Assembly: GCA_964349465.1 (NCBI GenBank)
Contig: CAYGGC010000001.1
Location: 124,375 to 188,374, forward strand
Length of the DNA: 64,000 nucleotides
DNA from: an uncultured Gammaproteobacteria bacterium
GTDB taxonomy: Bacteria; Patescibacteriota; Patescibacteriia; SBBC01; CAIJZX01
Direction of reading: 5' to 3'
In this document: positions 17,903 to 29,982 of the stretch, piece after piece
Layout: each line of letters starts with the position of its first letter
How positions within the stretch are numbered: the first letter of the stretch is position 1
The notes under the pieces: generated by a model
Databases searched by the model: none
Told to the model about the DNA's origin: nothing
What the model saw: the letters and a program-made list of their open reading frames with translations, nothing else
Position numbers and translations under genes: made by a program

Positions 17903-18892
17903 TTATGTTTCAGGAGCGTGACTAATCATTAGGCAGTAGCAGTTCATCAGCGTCTGCCGGAGAAGATCATCGTAGGCGACGCGCCTGATCCAGAGAGCTT
18001 CCTCGTAGTTATTCGTGGTTGCCGGTTCGATCGGTAAAGCTAATATCTGGTCATCGATCAATTGACCGACAGGTTTCCGATTGACGACGAAGTCCAGGTA
18101 GCGTCGATCGTGGGCGTCAGCTTCGCCAATCAAGCGGTAAGTGCTTTCATAGATCGCCAGGGCGAAATTGAGCCATTCAAGTCGTCGTTGTTTTGGCGAC
18201 ATCTCCTTGAAGCGGTCATCGCTCTGGTGGATGAACCTGACCATGTGCCTGACCTTACGCCAGACGCCATTCGGGTCGAGCATTTCTCGCGTTTCGAGAT
18301 GCGGCGCGAGCCCGTACCAGATGATGTTAGCGAACGTAGCGTACCGCCAACGGGGCGTGCGGGGGAGGTTGCGATCGAGTGTCAGCTTAATATCTGAACT
18401 GATCCGCGCGACGTTCAGGTCAACGAGAATTCGCTGGGCCCGCAAGTAGGGGACGAACCGGTCCTGGACAGCGTCATGCAAAATGAACTGCTGACGGGCG
18501 GGTCGTTCTTTTTTCTTCCGCTTGCCGTTCTTCTCCTCGTACTCAATTGGATCGAACTCGTCGTCGATCCGCGTCCTGAGGTGCTTGCGAATTGTCGTGA
18601 GTTGCGCCCGCCAGGCGGATTGGGCGGCCTCGTCATCTTGTGGCGTGATCGGGAATGGCCAGGTTGTACGACATCGCTCTTCCTCCAAGAGCGCAAGGTA
18701 GAGCGTGTTTGCAAACTGATACGGCATGCCGCGACCAAACCCATGTTGATTGGCCGCGCGTCCCCACAGTCGAATTCTGGCTTGCTCAGACATCAGCCCA
18801 ATTCGCAGGGTGGTTTGATGGGACAACTCGAAGCGGGTGGTATGCCGTTGGTTCACATCCAGTGTGGGAATATCTGTCATCTCGATACTCAC
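17903..18892 (-). CDS. Hypothetical 329-aa protein, no family recognised. It is an isolated opposite-strand gene between terminators.
   Basis: GTG start at 18892 with AAGGAGG 5 nt upstream. Basic/KR-rich segment (KNGKRKKKERPARQQ). Flanked by terminators. Confidence 0.6.
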   Translation of the reverse strand: MSIEMTDIPTLDVNQRHTTRFELSHQTTLRIGLMSEQARIRLWGRAANQHGFGRGMPYQFANTLYLALLEEERCRTTWPFPITPQDDEAAQSAWRAQLTTIRKHLRTRIDDEFDPIEYEEKNGKRKKKERPARQQFILHDAVQDRFVPYLRAQRILVDLNVARISSDIKLTLDRNLPRTPRWRYATFANIIWYGLAPHLETREMLDPNGVWRKVRHMVRFIHQSDDRFKEMSPKQRRLEWLNFALAIYESTYRLIGEADAHDRRYLDFVVNRKPVGQLIDDQILALPIEPATTNNYEEALWIRRVAYDDLLRQTLMNCYCLMISHAPET

Positions 18893-19156
18893 GTGACCTC
18901 CTTAGTCGCGTTTGCTGAAGACAGCGTACAGCGCGGGGACAATGATGATGAGACAGGCCTGCAACAACGGTGATCAGGATAGAGATCGCCGTCAAAAAAC
19001 ATAACCGGATGAGGAGCATCGCCGCGATCAGTGTGGCCTGGGCGATGGTGACATCGTCGGCAGAACGGACAGTGGCACTCATACACCCTCCAGTCGTGGC
19101 GTGATGATAGGGTTTGTGTAAGGAACGACAGTCGATACTACCGTAGTTTTCGACGC

Positions 19157-19185
19157 TTGTCAAAGCGTCTTGGGCACGGTACACT
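19157..19185 (+). promoter_or_regulatory. rmuC promoter TTGTCA-17-TACACT. The -10 ends 6 nt before the ATG and the -35 overlaps an inverted repeat.
   Basis: GACGCTTgtcaAAGCGTC palindrome over the -35; ATG at 19192. Confidence 0.4.
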
Positions 19186-19191
19186 CTGCCC

Positions 19192-20253
19192 ATGGACATT
19201 GCTGTCATTGCCCTGATCGTCGTTTTACTGGCCGTTGTAGGCGTGATTTTTTCGCGTCTCTCCAGTACGACGAAAATCCTTCAGGAACTGAAAGATCAGA
19301 AGGGGAATGACCAGGCCTCGATCCTCCTGAATCAAAATATTCAAGGCCTCCAGCAACGCCTCGACTCGCAAAACCAGAATCTCCAGTCGACCCTCCAGAA
19401 GCAATTTGGAGACAGCGCGAAAATTATTCAGGATGTGACCGAGCGCCTAACGAAGCTTGATGAGACGAACCGCCAAGTCGTCGGTTTTGCCGATCAGCTC
19501 AAACGCCTCCAAGATACGCTCAACAACCCGAAACAGCGCGGCGTCCTCGGTGAATATTACCTTGAGACGGTATTAAAAAATGTTCTGCCACCGAAGAACT
19601 ATAAACTCCAGTACAAATTTAAGGACGGAGAAATTGTCGATGCGGCGATTTTCATCCAAGATAAAATTATTCCGGTCGACGCGAAATTTTCCCTCGAAAA
19701 TTATAACCGCTTAGCGGAACTGACAACCGAATCGGATCGTGAACGGGTCGAAAAAGTCTTTAAGCAGGATTTAAAGAATCGCATCGACGAAACCTCGAAG
19801 TATATTCGGCCGGGTGAGAATACGATGGACTTTGCGTTCATGTTCATTCCGGCGGAAGGGATTTATTACGATTTGCTCGTCAATAAAGTTGGCGCGGCTG
19901 GCGTTTCGTCCCGTGACCTGATCGATTACGCCTTTAAGGAAAAGCACGTCATCATTGTTTCGCCGACGTCGTTCTTCGCGTATTTGCAAACAGTGCTGCA
20001 AGGCTTACGCGCAATGCAAATCGAAGAAGGGGCGAAAGAGATTCGGAAGAACGTTGAGGTTCTGGCCAAGCATCTACAATCTTATCAAGGTTATATGGAT
20101 AAGCTTGGCAACTCTCTGAATACGTCGATGAATCACTATGGCGCCGCCCAAAAAGCCTTTGAGCGGATTGATAAAGATGTCTTAAAGATTGCCGAGGCAG
20201 AAGTATCCGAATCAAAGCTGATTGAAAACAACATGGAAAATGAGCGATCCTAA
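19192..20253 (+). CDS. rmuC: DNA recombination protein RmuC.
   Basis: N-terminal TM segment, a long coiled-coil and a conserved C-terminal RmuC domain. Confidence 0.85.
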   Translation: MDIAVIALIVVLLAVVGVIFSRLSSTTKILQELKDQKGNDQASILLNQNIQGLQQRLDSQNQNLQSTLQKQFGDSAKIIQDVTERLTKLDETNRQVVGFADQLKRLQDTLNNPKQRGVLGEYYLETVLKNVLPPKNYKLQYKFKDGEIVDAAIFIQDKIIPVDAKFSLENYNRLAELTTESDRERVEKVFKQDLKNRIDETSKYIRPGENTMDFAFMFIPAEGIYYDLLVNKVGAAGVSSRDLIDYAFKEKHVIIVSPTSFFAYLQTVLQGLRAMQIEEGAKEIRKNVEVLAKHLQSYQGYMDKLGNSLNTSMNHYGAAQKAFERIDKDVLKIAEAEVSESKLIENNMENERS

Positions 20254-20419
20254 GAAAAACGAGAGCCATGAAGAGGAGTTATTAACTGGTATTTCGTCTG
20301 CAGAATTTGAGATACAAATTAAAAAACTTGGAGAAGAGGCAAAGAAGAACCCAATATTAAAATCGCTAGGTACGGCATCAACGGAAATTCTTGAAGAAGT
20401 CCGGGAAAAGGATGAGTAA
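20240..20419 (+). CDS. Small acidic protein of 59 aa (65 aa from the 20222 ATG). It overlaps the rmuC end and the PIN-gene start. Candidate antitoxin-like partner.
   Basis: An intact ORF in 36% GC DNA with a 29-nt overlap onto the downstream PIN gene. No recognisable DNA-binding motif. Confidence 0.3.
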   Translation: MSDPKKNESHEEELLTGISSAEFEIQIKKLGEEAKKNPILKSLGTASTEILEEVREKDE

Positions 20420-20972
20420 CCTGCCATCATTAATCCTTTTAGATACGATGGCTGCGGCAGGAATTTTTTCTGATAGGCAAGAAAAACAAAAAAAGTGGGT
20501 GTCTACCATTCTACATTTGATCGCTTTTCTACCAGAAGCAGACATTACCATCCCCACACCTGTTTTTTTGGAGTTAGCGCAGTGGCATGTCAACTGGTAC
20601 AAATACGTTCAGAATATCAACCAGCCGAGTATCTCTAGCAGTCCGTTACTTAAGTACGTAAGCTATAGTATTCCTAAAAAAGTATTTTATCCGGCTGCCG
20701 CCTATAAACTTTTTTGTTCAAATAAGCAAAATAAGCCAGATGAATTTCGTAAAGAAAAGAATAAGATATCATTTATTGATTCTCTTTTAGCTTCATATTG
20801 TCTAACGTATAATTACGCTCTAGTAACGGAGAATCATAATGATTTTCCGGACAAATATTTTAGTATCGTTAAAGTTGCGACCTCTCCTGAATCAACCGGC
20901 ACAGAAAGGCGTCTACTCTTTTTGTTAAAACCTAATACCGAGGCATGGAGAAACGATTTATCAAGGATATAA
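20391..20972 (+). CDS. PIN-domain protein (VapC-like) with a ~60-aa insertion, in an AT-rich island.
   Basis: LILLDTMAA (Asp1), VFLELAQ (Glu), IDSLLASYCL (Asp3) and LVTENHNDF (Asp4). About 36% GC versus ~55% in the flanks. Confidence 0.65.
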   Translation: MKKSGKRMSNLPSLILLDTMAAAGIFSDRQEKQKKWVSTILHLIAFLPEADITIPTPVFLELAQWHVNWYKYVQNINQPSISSSPLLKYVSYSIPKKVFYPAAAYKLFCSNKQNKPDEFRKEKNKISFIDSLLASYCLTYNYALVTENHNDFPDKYFSIVKVATSPESTGTERRLLFLLKPNTEAWRNDLSRI

Positions 20973-20983
20973 CTTCGGAAAAC

Positions 20984-21014
20984 AAAAGCCGGTGTTGCGC
21001 AACACCGGCTTTGT
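20984..21014 (+). terminator. Rho-independent terminator after the PIN gene.
   Basis: GCCGGTGTTGCGCAACACCGGC followed by TTTGTG. Confidence 0.6.
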
Positions 21015-21374
21015 GAGAGGGCGCTTCGTTTGCCCGACCCTTGGAGCGACTCAACCCTGATCTTCAACAGCTCTGTATTTACTCGTCGTTCCTCCGGCGC
21101 GTGTGACTAAAAGTCTTTTCTCGTTTCGGCCCATCGTTTCCCCATGTAGTCCTGACGGAGTTGAAGTTGGCTTTTTTGCCAGCTCTCTTCGTGGTTTGGC
21201 GCCAAACCGTTCTACTTCGGTACTGCGATTGGCGACAGTGTAGCATAGGGTTTTATTGTTGAATAGTTTACATAAGTGTCAGGTGGAAACTGGTCGCGCA
21301 TTCGCTAACCTTAGCCAAAAAGTTTTACAACCCTTGCGTAAGTCGCCGGAAAGTAGTAGACTCGTGGCGCCTTT

Positions 21375-21698
21375 TTGGCTATGACTAGCGAAAATCCATT
21401 ACAAAATAGCGGTGACGGTGGCCCTTCGGCAGGCTCAGGGCGCCCTCTGTGGACGGCCCTCAACCTTGCCTGGGAGCTCGGGTATACTATTGTTATCCCG
21501 TTAGTCCTCTTCGCCCTCGCAGGCCGGTTCGCCGATAAACAGTTCGGCACGTCGCCCTGGCTGCTCCTGGCTGGGATGGCCCTCGCGATTACGGTAACGA
21601 CGATTGCGCTGGTCCGTAAGTTCTCGAAATTGATTAACGATATGAATAAAGAGATTCCGGCTCAAGGCCGGAATGACAAGAACCCTGATGGCCGCTGA
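21375..21698 (+). CDS. atpZ: AtpZ/AtpI-like small membrane protein, first gene of the ATP synthase operon.
   Basis: Two TM helices with FADKQFGTSPWLLLAGMALAI matching the AtpZ (ATPase_gene1) consensus. Confidence 0.6.
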   Translation: MAMTSENPLQNSGDGGPSAGSGRPLWTALNLAWELGYTIVIPLVLFALAGRFADKQFGTSPWLLLAGMALAITVTTIALVRKFSKLINDMNKEIPAQGRNDKNPDGR

Positions 21699-21716
21699 TC
21701 CCGTTAGAGTTGACCC

Positions 21717-21977
21717 ATGTATTACGTCTACGTTCTACGAAGTATCAGCAGCGGTCGTCTCTACACAGGCTATACTGAAAATCTACGGAAACGCTTGAGT
21801 GAACATGTTGAAAAGAAATCTAAGTACACCAAACATCGAGGTCCATACGAACTTATTTATTACGAAGCGAGTAAACACCGATACGACGCAATGGCACGAG
21901 AGATTTATTTGAAAAGTGGAATGGGTAAACGATATCTTCGCAATCGAATGAAAAGGTTTTTCTCAAGCGTTTCCTAA
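21717..21977 (+). CDS. GIY-YIG nuclease superfamily protein (UPF0213/YhbQ-like) inserted between atpZ and atpB.
   Basis: YVYVLRSISSGRLYTGYTENLRKRLSEH, a GIY-YIG core. The gene is AT-rich relative to its surroundings. Confidence 0.8.
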   Translation: MYYVYVLRSISSGRLYTGYTENLRKRLSEHVEKKSKYTKHRGPYELIYYEASKHRYDAMAREIYLKSGMGKRYLRNRMKRFFSSVS

Positions 21978-21987
21978 CTCTAACGGG

Positions 21988-22737
21988 ATGGCCGCTGAAA
22001 TCAACATCTCGCTCGCTGCTGAACCGATTGCCCACCTCGGTAGTTTTCCGATTACCAACAGCATGCTCGGGTCGTTGTTGGCTGGGGGAGTCTTAACGCT
22101 GATTGCCTGTGCCGCGGCGAAGCGCCCGAAGATGGTCCCGACGAAATTACAGAATGGCGCTGAGATGATTATCGAGTTCTTGTTGAATCTGATGGATAGC
22201 GTCACCCACGACCGGGCGAAGACGAAAAAATTCTTTCCGGTGATCGCGACGATTTTCCTGTTTATTATGTCGATGAACTGGATGGGCCTCCTGCCGATTT
22301 TCGGCACGATCGGCCTGAATGAGGTTCACGATGGTCATAAAGTCTTTATTCCGTTTCTGCGAGCCGGAACGGCTGATTTGAATATGACGATTGCGATTGC
22401 GATGATTTCCGTCATCTCAGCTCAGGTGTTCGGGGTGATGTATATCGGTATCAAGAAGCATCTGCGCAAATATTTCAATCCGAATCCGACCTTTACCTTC
22501 GTCGGGATTATTGAATTCATTTCCGAATTCACGAAAATCATTTCCTTCTCGTTCCGGTTGTTCGGGAATGTCTTCGCTGGGGAAGTGCTCCTGCTCGTGA
22601 TTGCCACCCTCTTACCACTCGTCGGACCGTTGCCGTTCTACTTCCTCGAATTGTTTGTGGGGTTCATTCAGGCGTTTGTGTTCGCCCTCCTCTCCTTGGT
22701 CTTCTTCACGATTGCGTCGACCGCGGAGGAGCACTAA
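21988..22737 (+). CDS. atpB: F0F1 ATP synthase subunit a.
   Basis: A-subunit TM topology with the conserved Arg in RLFGNVFAGE. Confidence 0.9.
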   Translation: MAAEINISLAAEPIAHLGSFPITNSMLGSLLAGGVLTLIACAAAKRPKMVPTKLQNGAEMIIEFLLNLMDSVTHDRAKTKKFFPVIATIFLFIMSMNWMGLLPIFGTIGLNEVHDGHKVFIPFLRAGTADLNMTIAIAMISVISAQVFGVMYIGIKKHLRKYFNPNPTFTFVGIIEFISEFTKIISFSFRLFGNVFAGEVLLLVIATLLPLVGPLPFYFLELFVGFIQAFVFALLSLVFFTIASTAEEH

Positions 22738-22753
22738 ACTTAATTACTCGTAA

Positions 22754-23008
<255 letters not shown>

Positions 23009-23025
23009 TCTGACCACACAGCGGC

Positions 23026-23526
23026 ATGGCCGAACTATTTGAAAAACTCGGGATCGACTGGAAGCTGTTAATCGCCAATACCGCGACGTTCTTTATCGTC
23101 CTGTGGGTTTTACGCAAATTCGCGTTTAAACCCTTGATGGCGGTGATGGACAAGCGTCAGAAAGCGATTGGCGATGGTTTGGATGCCGCAAAGCAATCAC
23201 AGACCGAACTGAAAGCGATCCAAGATGAAAAGCAGCGCGTCATGGAGCAGGCCAAAACCGAAGCGCTCCAAATGCTCCAAGCGACGCAAGCCGACGCGGC
23301 GAAACTCCGACAACAGCTGATCGATCAGGCCCAAGCTGATGCAACAGCTCTTGCAACGAAGACCCGCGCTGAACTCGATCGACAAAAAGTCCAGATGCTC
23401 GCCGAAGCGAAAAGCGAGTTAGCTGACCTCGTGGTCAGCGCGACCGAGAAGGTCATTGGTGATCAGTTTGACGCGAAACTCAGTAAAAAACTGGCCAGCC
23501 AGGCGATTGCGGAGGTACAGAAATAG
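23026..23526 (+). CDS. atpF: F0F1 ATP synthase subunit b.
   Basis: N-terminal TM segment plus a long Ala/Gln/Lys-rich helix. Confidence 0.8.
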   Translation: MAELFEKLGIDWKLLIANTATFFIVLWVLRKFAFKPLMAVMDKRQKAIGDGLDAAKQSQTELKAIQDEKQRVMEQAKTEALQMLQATQADAAKLRQQLIDQAQADATALATKTRAELDRQKVQMLAEAKSELADLVVSATEKVIGDQFDAKLSKKLASQAIAEVQK

Positions 23527-23527
23527 C

Positions 23528-24010
23528 ATGGCCCAGCGCGACTTTACCAGCTACATCGCCGATCTCCTGGAGCATGAGGATATCCAGGAGCTGCGCCGAA
23601 CGAACGCCCATTGGCGGCGGGATCGTTTTGCGCATAACCTCGCGGTTGGTCAGCTCGCATTTCGTTTAACCCGACTCGTCAACGGTAACCTGACGGTCGC
23701 CGCGCGCAGTGGTTTTCTCCATGACTGGTATCACGGTCATGTACCCGGCCGGAAACAATTTGTCCAGCCTGATCAGCATCATTTTCGGATTGCGCATGAA
23801 GCTGCAACAAAGTATGGCGAGCATCCACTTGTGCTGCACGCGATTCGAACCCATTTCTGGCCGTACGGTCGGGTGGTGCCGAAGACACGTGAAGCGTGGA
23901 TGGTCTGGATGGCTGATAATCTGATCTGGGTTGCTGATTTAATTCACAGCGTGAAGATGACCTGGCGCGATGGACTTCATCAAGCGATCTATGGGGAGGT
24001 CCGCGCATGA
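23528..24010 (+). CDS. HD-domain phosphohydrolase-like protein embedded in the atp operon. Its stop overlaps the atpH start (ATGA).
   Basis: H..H, LHDWYHGH and a downstream H/D pattern. ATG 1 nt after the atpF stop. Confidence 0.6.
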   Translation: MAQRDFTSYIADLLEHEDIQELRRTNAHWRRDRFAHNLAVGQLAFRLTRLVNGNLTVAARSGFLHDWYHGHVPGRKQFVQPDQHHFRIAHEAATKYGEHPLVLHAIRTHFWPYGRVVPKTREAWMVWMADNLIWVADLIHSVKMTWRDGLHQAIYGEVRA

Positions 24011-24396
24011 AACGCTTATCGAGTCGTGATTACGCGATTGCCGTTGTTGAAGCTTGGCAAGAAGCAAAAGCGAAAGACCGCATCGAAGTTGCGCGGAAAT
24101 TTCTCGAGTTACTACGTCGTCAGCGGGCAATGAAACTTCTGCCACGGATTCTGGACTGGATTACTCGGCTTGATGATCAAGCCGCAGGGCGAACCCGCGT
24201 GGTCGTGACCGGCGCGACGAAGCTTGATGCTGCATCATTAACCACAATGCTCACAAAAAAACTTGGAGCGGTCGCAGTTTCGACCGTGACGGATGAACGC
24301 GTAATTGGCGGCCTCGCCATTCGCGTCGGAGACACCGTCGTCGACGGAACTGTGGCCACTCGATTACAACGATTGCGCACCCATTTGCAACAATAA
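24007..24396 (+). CDS. atpH: F0F1 ATP synthase subunit delta (OSCP), truncated to 129 aa.
   Basis: C-terminal [25 protein letters not shown] is the delta signature. The N-terminal domain is shortened. Confidence 0.7.
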   Translation: MKRLSSRDYAIAVVEAWQEAKAKDRIEVARKFLELLRRQRAMKLLPRILDWITRLDDQAAGRTRVVVTGATKLDAASLTTMLTKKLGAVAVSTVTDERVIGGLAIRVGDTVVDGTVATRLQRLRTHLQQ

Positions 24397-24400
24397 TACT

Positions 24401-25897
24401 ATGCCTGAAACTCTCGTAGACGTTTTAAAGAAAGAACTCACCACCTTCACCGATCAGGTTACGACCGCGACGGTCGGAACCGTTCTCGATGTTGGCGATG
24501 GTATCGCCCGCATCAGCGGTCTCGGCTCGGTCCAATCGCAGGAAATGATTACCTTCGCGAACGGAACCTTTGGCGTCGTCTTAAACCTAGAAGAAGATAC
24601 GGTTGGCGCAATGATTCTTGGTGGTACTGAAGGGATCAAGCAGGGTGAAACCGTTACGGCCACCGGCAAGATTCTGCAGGTGCCGGTCGGTGACGCGATT
24701 ATCGGTCGCGTGATTAACCCGCTCGGTGAAGCGGTCGATGGTAAAGGCTCGCTCAGCTCGAAACAGACCTATCCGGTCGAACGAATCGCGCCGGGCGTTA
24801 TTACGCGTCAATCAGTCAACCAGCCGCTCCAAACGGGGATTAAAGCGATCGACGCGATGATTCCGATCGGCCGCGGTCAGCGCGAGTTGATTATCGGTGA
24901 TCGTCAGACTGGAAAAACCGCCATCGCGATCGACACAATCATCAATCAAAAAGGCCAAGACGTGCTGTGCATTTATGTTGCAATTGGTCAGAAGGAATCG
25001 AAGATTGCTCGCATCGTTGGAAAGCTCGAAGAAGCTGGGGCGATGGCCTATACCACGATTGTGGTGGCCGGCGCGTCTGATCCAGCCGCCTTGTCCTATC
25101 TCGCGCCGTACGCTGGTTGCGCGATGGGTGAATACTTCATGGACAACGGCAAAGACGTTCTGATCATCTACGATGATCTTTCGAAACACGCCTGGGCCTA
25201 TCGCCAAATTTCACTCTTGCTCCGCCGTCCGCCGGGTCGCGAAGCGTATCCGGGTGATATTTTCTATGCCCACTCGCGCTTACTCGAACGCGCCGCGAAA
25301 CTGAATAAAGATTTTGGTGGTGGCTCGTTAACGGCACTTCCAATTATTGAAACGCAAGCCGGAGATAGCTCGGCCTATATTCCGACCAACGTCATCTCGA
25401 TTACTGACGGGCAGATTTATCTTGAATCGGATCTGTTTTACCAAGGCGTTCGCCCAGCCGTGAACGCCGGGTTATCCGTCTCACGCGTCGGTTCGGCGGC
25501 GCAAACGAAAGCGATGAAAAAAGTTGCTGGAAAAATCCGTCTCGCTCTCGCACAATATCGCGAGCTCGCGGCTTTCGCTCAATTCGGTTCGGATCTTGAT
25601 GATGCGACTCGCCAGCAAATTGAACGCGGTAAGCGCATTACCGAAGTGTTAAAACAAGGTCAATATTCACCACTCGATGTGCCGGGCCAAGTCTCGATTC
25701 TCTACGCTGTGAATAATGGTTTCCTTGATGCGATTGATCCAGAAGCCATTGGTACGTACGAAGCTGATCTTCACAATTACTTGAAGACCAAAGGCCGCGC
25801 CTGGGTTGAATCGATGAACGCGAAACCGGAACTGACTGAAGAGCACGAAGCCCAGCTGAAAGAACTCCTGACGGACTTTAACCAAACCCGCGCCTAA
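24401..25897 (+). CDS. atpA: F0F1 ATP synthase subunit alpha.
   Basis: GDRQTGKT P-loop. Start moved to the internal ATG at 24401, just after the atpH stop; the ORF-track start at 24305 overlaps atpH. Confidence 0.95.
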   Translation: MPETLVDVLKKELTTFTDQVTTATVGTVLDVGDGIARISGLGSVQSQEMITFANGTFGVVLNLEEDTVGAMILGGTEGIKQGETVTATGKILQVPVGDAIIGRVINPLGEAVDGKGSLSSKQTYPVERIAPGVITRQSVNQPLQTGIKAIDAMIPIGRGQRELIIGDRQTGKTAIAIDTIINQKGQDVLCIYVAIGQKESKIARIVGKLEEAGAMAYTTIVVAGASDPAALSYLAPYAGCAMGEYFMDNGKDVLIIYDDLSKHAWAYRQISLLLRRPPGREAYPGDIFYAHSRLLERAAKLNKDFGGGSLTALPIIETQAGDSSAYIPTNVISITDGQIYLESDLFYQGVRPAVNAGLSVSRVGSAAQTKAMKKVAGKIRLALAQYRELAAFAQFGSDLDDATRQQIERGKRITEVLKQGQYSPLDVPGQVSILYAVNNGFLDAIDPEAIGTYEADLHNYLKTKGRAWVESMNAKPELTEEHEAQLKELLTDFNQTRA

Positions 25898-25899
25898 GT

Positions 25900-28228
<2,329 letters not shown>

Positions 28229-28229
<1 letters not shown>

Positions 28230-28681
28230 TGTCTCAGCTCAAACTCACCATTTCCACCCCGGAACGCAAAGTGCTTGAAGAAAGCATTGAGAGTATTTCT
28301 TTGCCAACGGTTGATGGTCAGATTACGATTCTGCCACACCATCTTGCGCTGACCACCGTTTTGAAAGCGGGGGAGTTGCTGGTTCGGATGAATGGCGAAG
28401 AAAAGCCGTTCGCGATTGGCGGAGGATTTGCGGAAATTCATGATGAGGGCGTGACGATTCTCGCCGATACCGCCGAAGGCGCGGCCGAAATCGACGAAGC
28501 GAAGGCTGAAGAAGCTCGCGCTCGGGCAAAAGAGCTGATGGAAGCGAAGCGTGATGACGCCGAGGAATATGCGTTCTTGGCTGCAAAACTTGAACGTGAT
28601 TTGACGCGCCTCCACGTTGTCCGAAAATACAAGCATCGCGGCCATCACGGGATTACCCAAGAACCCGTCTTCAAAGAATAG
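28229..28681 (+). CDS. atpC: F0F1 ATP synthase subunit epsilon with a C-terminal extension.
   Basis: N-terminal beta-sandwich (LTISTPERKVLEESIESISLPTVDGQITILPHH). 150 aa. Confidence 0.8.
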
Positions 28682-28685
28682 GTCA

Positions 28686-28768
28686 ACCCTCACACCAAAC
28701 AACGGGGTTGCTTGGTGTGAGGGTCAAGGGTCAGCAAAAAGAGCCGGTCTTGACGAATCCGGCTTTTT
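28686..28768 (+). terminator. Tandem hairpin terminators after the atp operon. The second hairpin contains the -35 of the next promoter.
   Basis: CCCTCACACCAA...TTGGTGTGAGGG (12-bp stem), then AAAAAGAGCCGG...CCGGCTTTTT. Confidence 0.6.
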
Positions 28769-28834
28769 GGGCTAGGGTCAAATTTCAGTTAGCTGCACTT
28801 TCTCATGATCGAAAACCCCCAATGACTGGAGGTC

Positions 28835-29434
28835 GTGATGATTCACGGAGTCACTGAAACTGACTATCAGCGGGTCATGGAGCTGCGGAACGCGCCGCCG
28901 AACAGTGACGGACGTCGTCCGCTTGATGAGCTGAAACCGGCTGGTTTCAATGAAGATGGCATGATCATTACCGTCAGCTGTGGTGACGGCGATCGGATCG
29001 AGGACATCCTCGGTCACAAGCGCGTCACGCACTGCTGCAAGGTCCACGCCATCTGCCAGAACGGCGGCGCTATGCTGATGTCGGAGGCGTGCCCGGCAAA
29101 CTCGGAAGAGTGGCCGTGGGGTCGTTTGCTTCGTCGCTCGGTGCTCGACGCCTGTGAACTCAAGGGGACGAACCTCGTCGCGCTCGGGTCACACTACCCG
29201 TGCGGTCTGGCGAAGAAGCTCGGCATCTCGCTCGACGATGTCATTCGCCTCACGGTTGACGCCAAGCGGACGCTCAAGGCGATGCAGCCGAGCTTGGAAG
29301 TCTACTGCTTCTTCCACGTCGCGTACTACGACGGTCGGGCCCGGACCTATACCATCGATCACAAGTACACTCCCTTCTCAGAGGGAGGAATCCTTCCGCC
29401 CGCACGCGTTGCAGGAACTGGAGGAGGCTGGTAG
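28835..29434 (+). CDS. Hypothetical Cys/His-rich protein, paralog of the next gene. Possible beta-carbonic-anhydrase-like zinc fold.
   Basis: Own promoter TTGACG-17-TAGGGT and a GGAGG RBS. SCGDGDR...GSHYPCG has the same Cys...HxxCG spacing as the next gene. Confidence 0.35.
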   Translation: MMIHGVTETDYQRVMELRNAPPNSDGRRPLDELKPAGFNEDGMIITVSCGDGDRIEDILGHKRVTHCCKVHAICQNGGAMLMSEACPANSEEWPWGRLLRRSVLDACELKGTNLVALGSHYPCGLAKKLGISLDDVIRLTVDAKRTLKAMQPSLEVYCFFHVAYYDGRARTYTIDHKYTPFSEGGILPPARVAGTGGGW

Positions 29435-29467
29435 AATCACACCAGCCTTTTTTCTTATTCTCGATTC

Positions 29468-29888
29468 TATGTCCCACACCGCCAAAGCCCTCCTCCTGCA
29501 TTGCATTGATTATCGCTTCGTTCACGAAACGGTTCACTTTATGAAGTCGCAGGGTTTGATTGACCAATACGATGATGTTGGCGCGGCCGGAGCGGCGAAA
29601 AATCTGGTTGATCCGTATGACGCGAGTGACGTGGAATTCATTTTCCGACAAATTGAAATCGCGAAAAAACTCCATGATATTCAGGAAGTGGTGATTGTGA
29701 ACCACCGCGATTGTGGCGCCTACGGAAAAGGGGTTTTCGCTACTGAAGCTGAGGAGACCGAGCGCCATACCCACGACTTGGCCAAAGCAAAAATGATGAT
29801 TGAGCATCGGGTTGACGGTGTAAAGGTTCGAACCTATTTGGCGTGGTTACAAGAACCGCACGGCGTCGACTTCGATCCGATTGGGTAA
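29468..29888 (+). CDS. Beta-class carbonic-anhydrase-like protein of 140 aa. The ORF-track 5' extension from 29154 is judged spurious.
   Basis: HCIDYRF (CxDxR) and VVIVNHRDCGAYG (HxxCG) motifs. The upstream 105 codons are Arg/Ser-rich alternate-frame junk overlapping the previous gene. Confidence 0.4.
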
Positions 29889-29899
29889 TCAAAAAAACC

Positions 29900-29928
29900 T
29901 TGACACTACCCTCGGAACAGGGTAGGAC
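29900..29928 (+). promoter_or_regulatory. Promoter TTGACA-17-TAGGAC with an upstream A-tract, for the FabH-like gene.
   Basis: AAAAAAACCTTGACA...TAGGAC, with a GGAGGTG RBS 5 nt before the ATG at 29983. Confidence 0.45.
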
Positions 29929-29982
29929 TTGGGGTAGAGAAATTACCGTTCCTTCCAACCCATACAACTCTGGAGGTGGCCT

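Noticed and set aside
18786-19208. 140-aa minus-strand ORF overlapping the start of the 329-aa gene and the rmuC promoter, including a TM-like segment (MSATVRSADD...)
   Set aside because: It reads through the AAGGAGG-GTG start region of the 329-aa gene in another frame and covers the rmuC promoter. No RBS. Most likely a chance ORF in GC-rich sequence.
24305-24400. N-terminal 32 codons of the ORF-track atpA entry
   Set aside because: They overlap atpH in another frame. The canonical atpA N-terminus ([13 protein letters not shown]) begins at 24401, right after the atpH stop.
29154-29467. 5' extension (105 codons) of the ORF-track entry 29154-29888
   Set aside because: It overlaps 28835-29434 in another frame and has an Arg/Ser-rich alternate-frame composition. 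The conserved CxDxR/HxxCG domain begins at the internal ATG at 29468.
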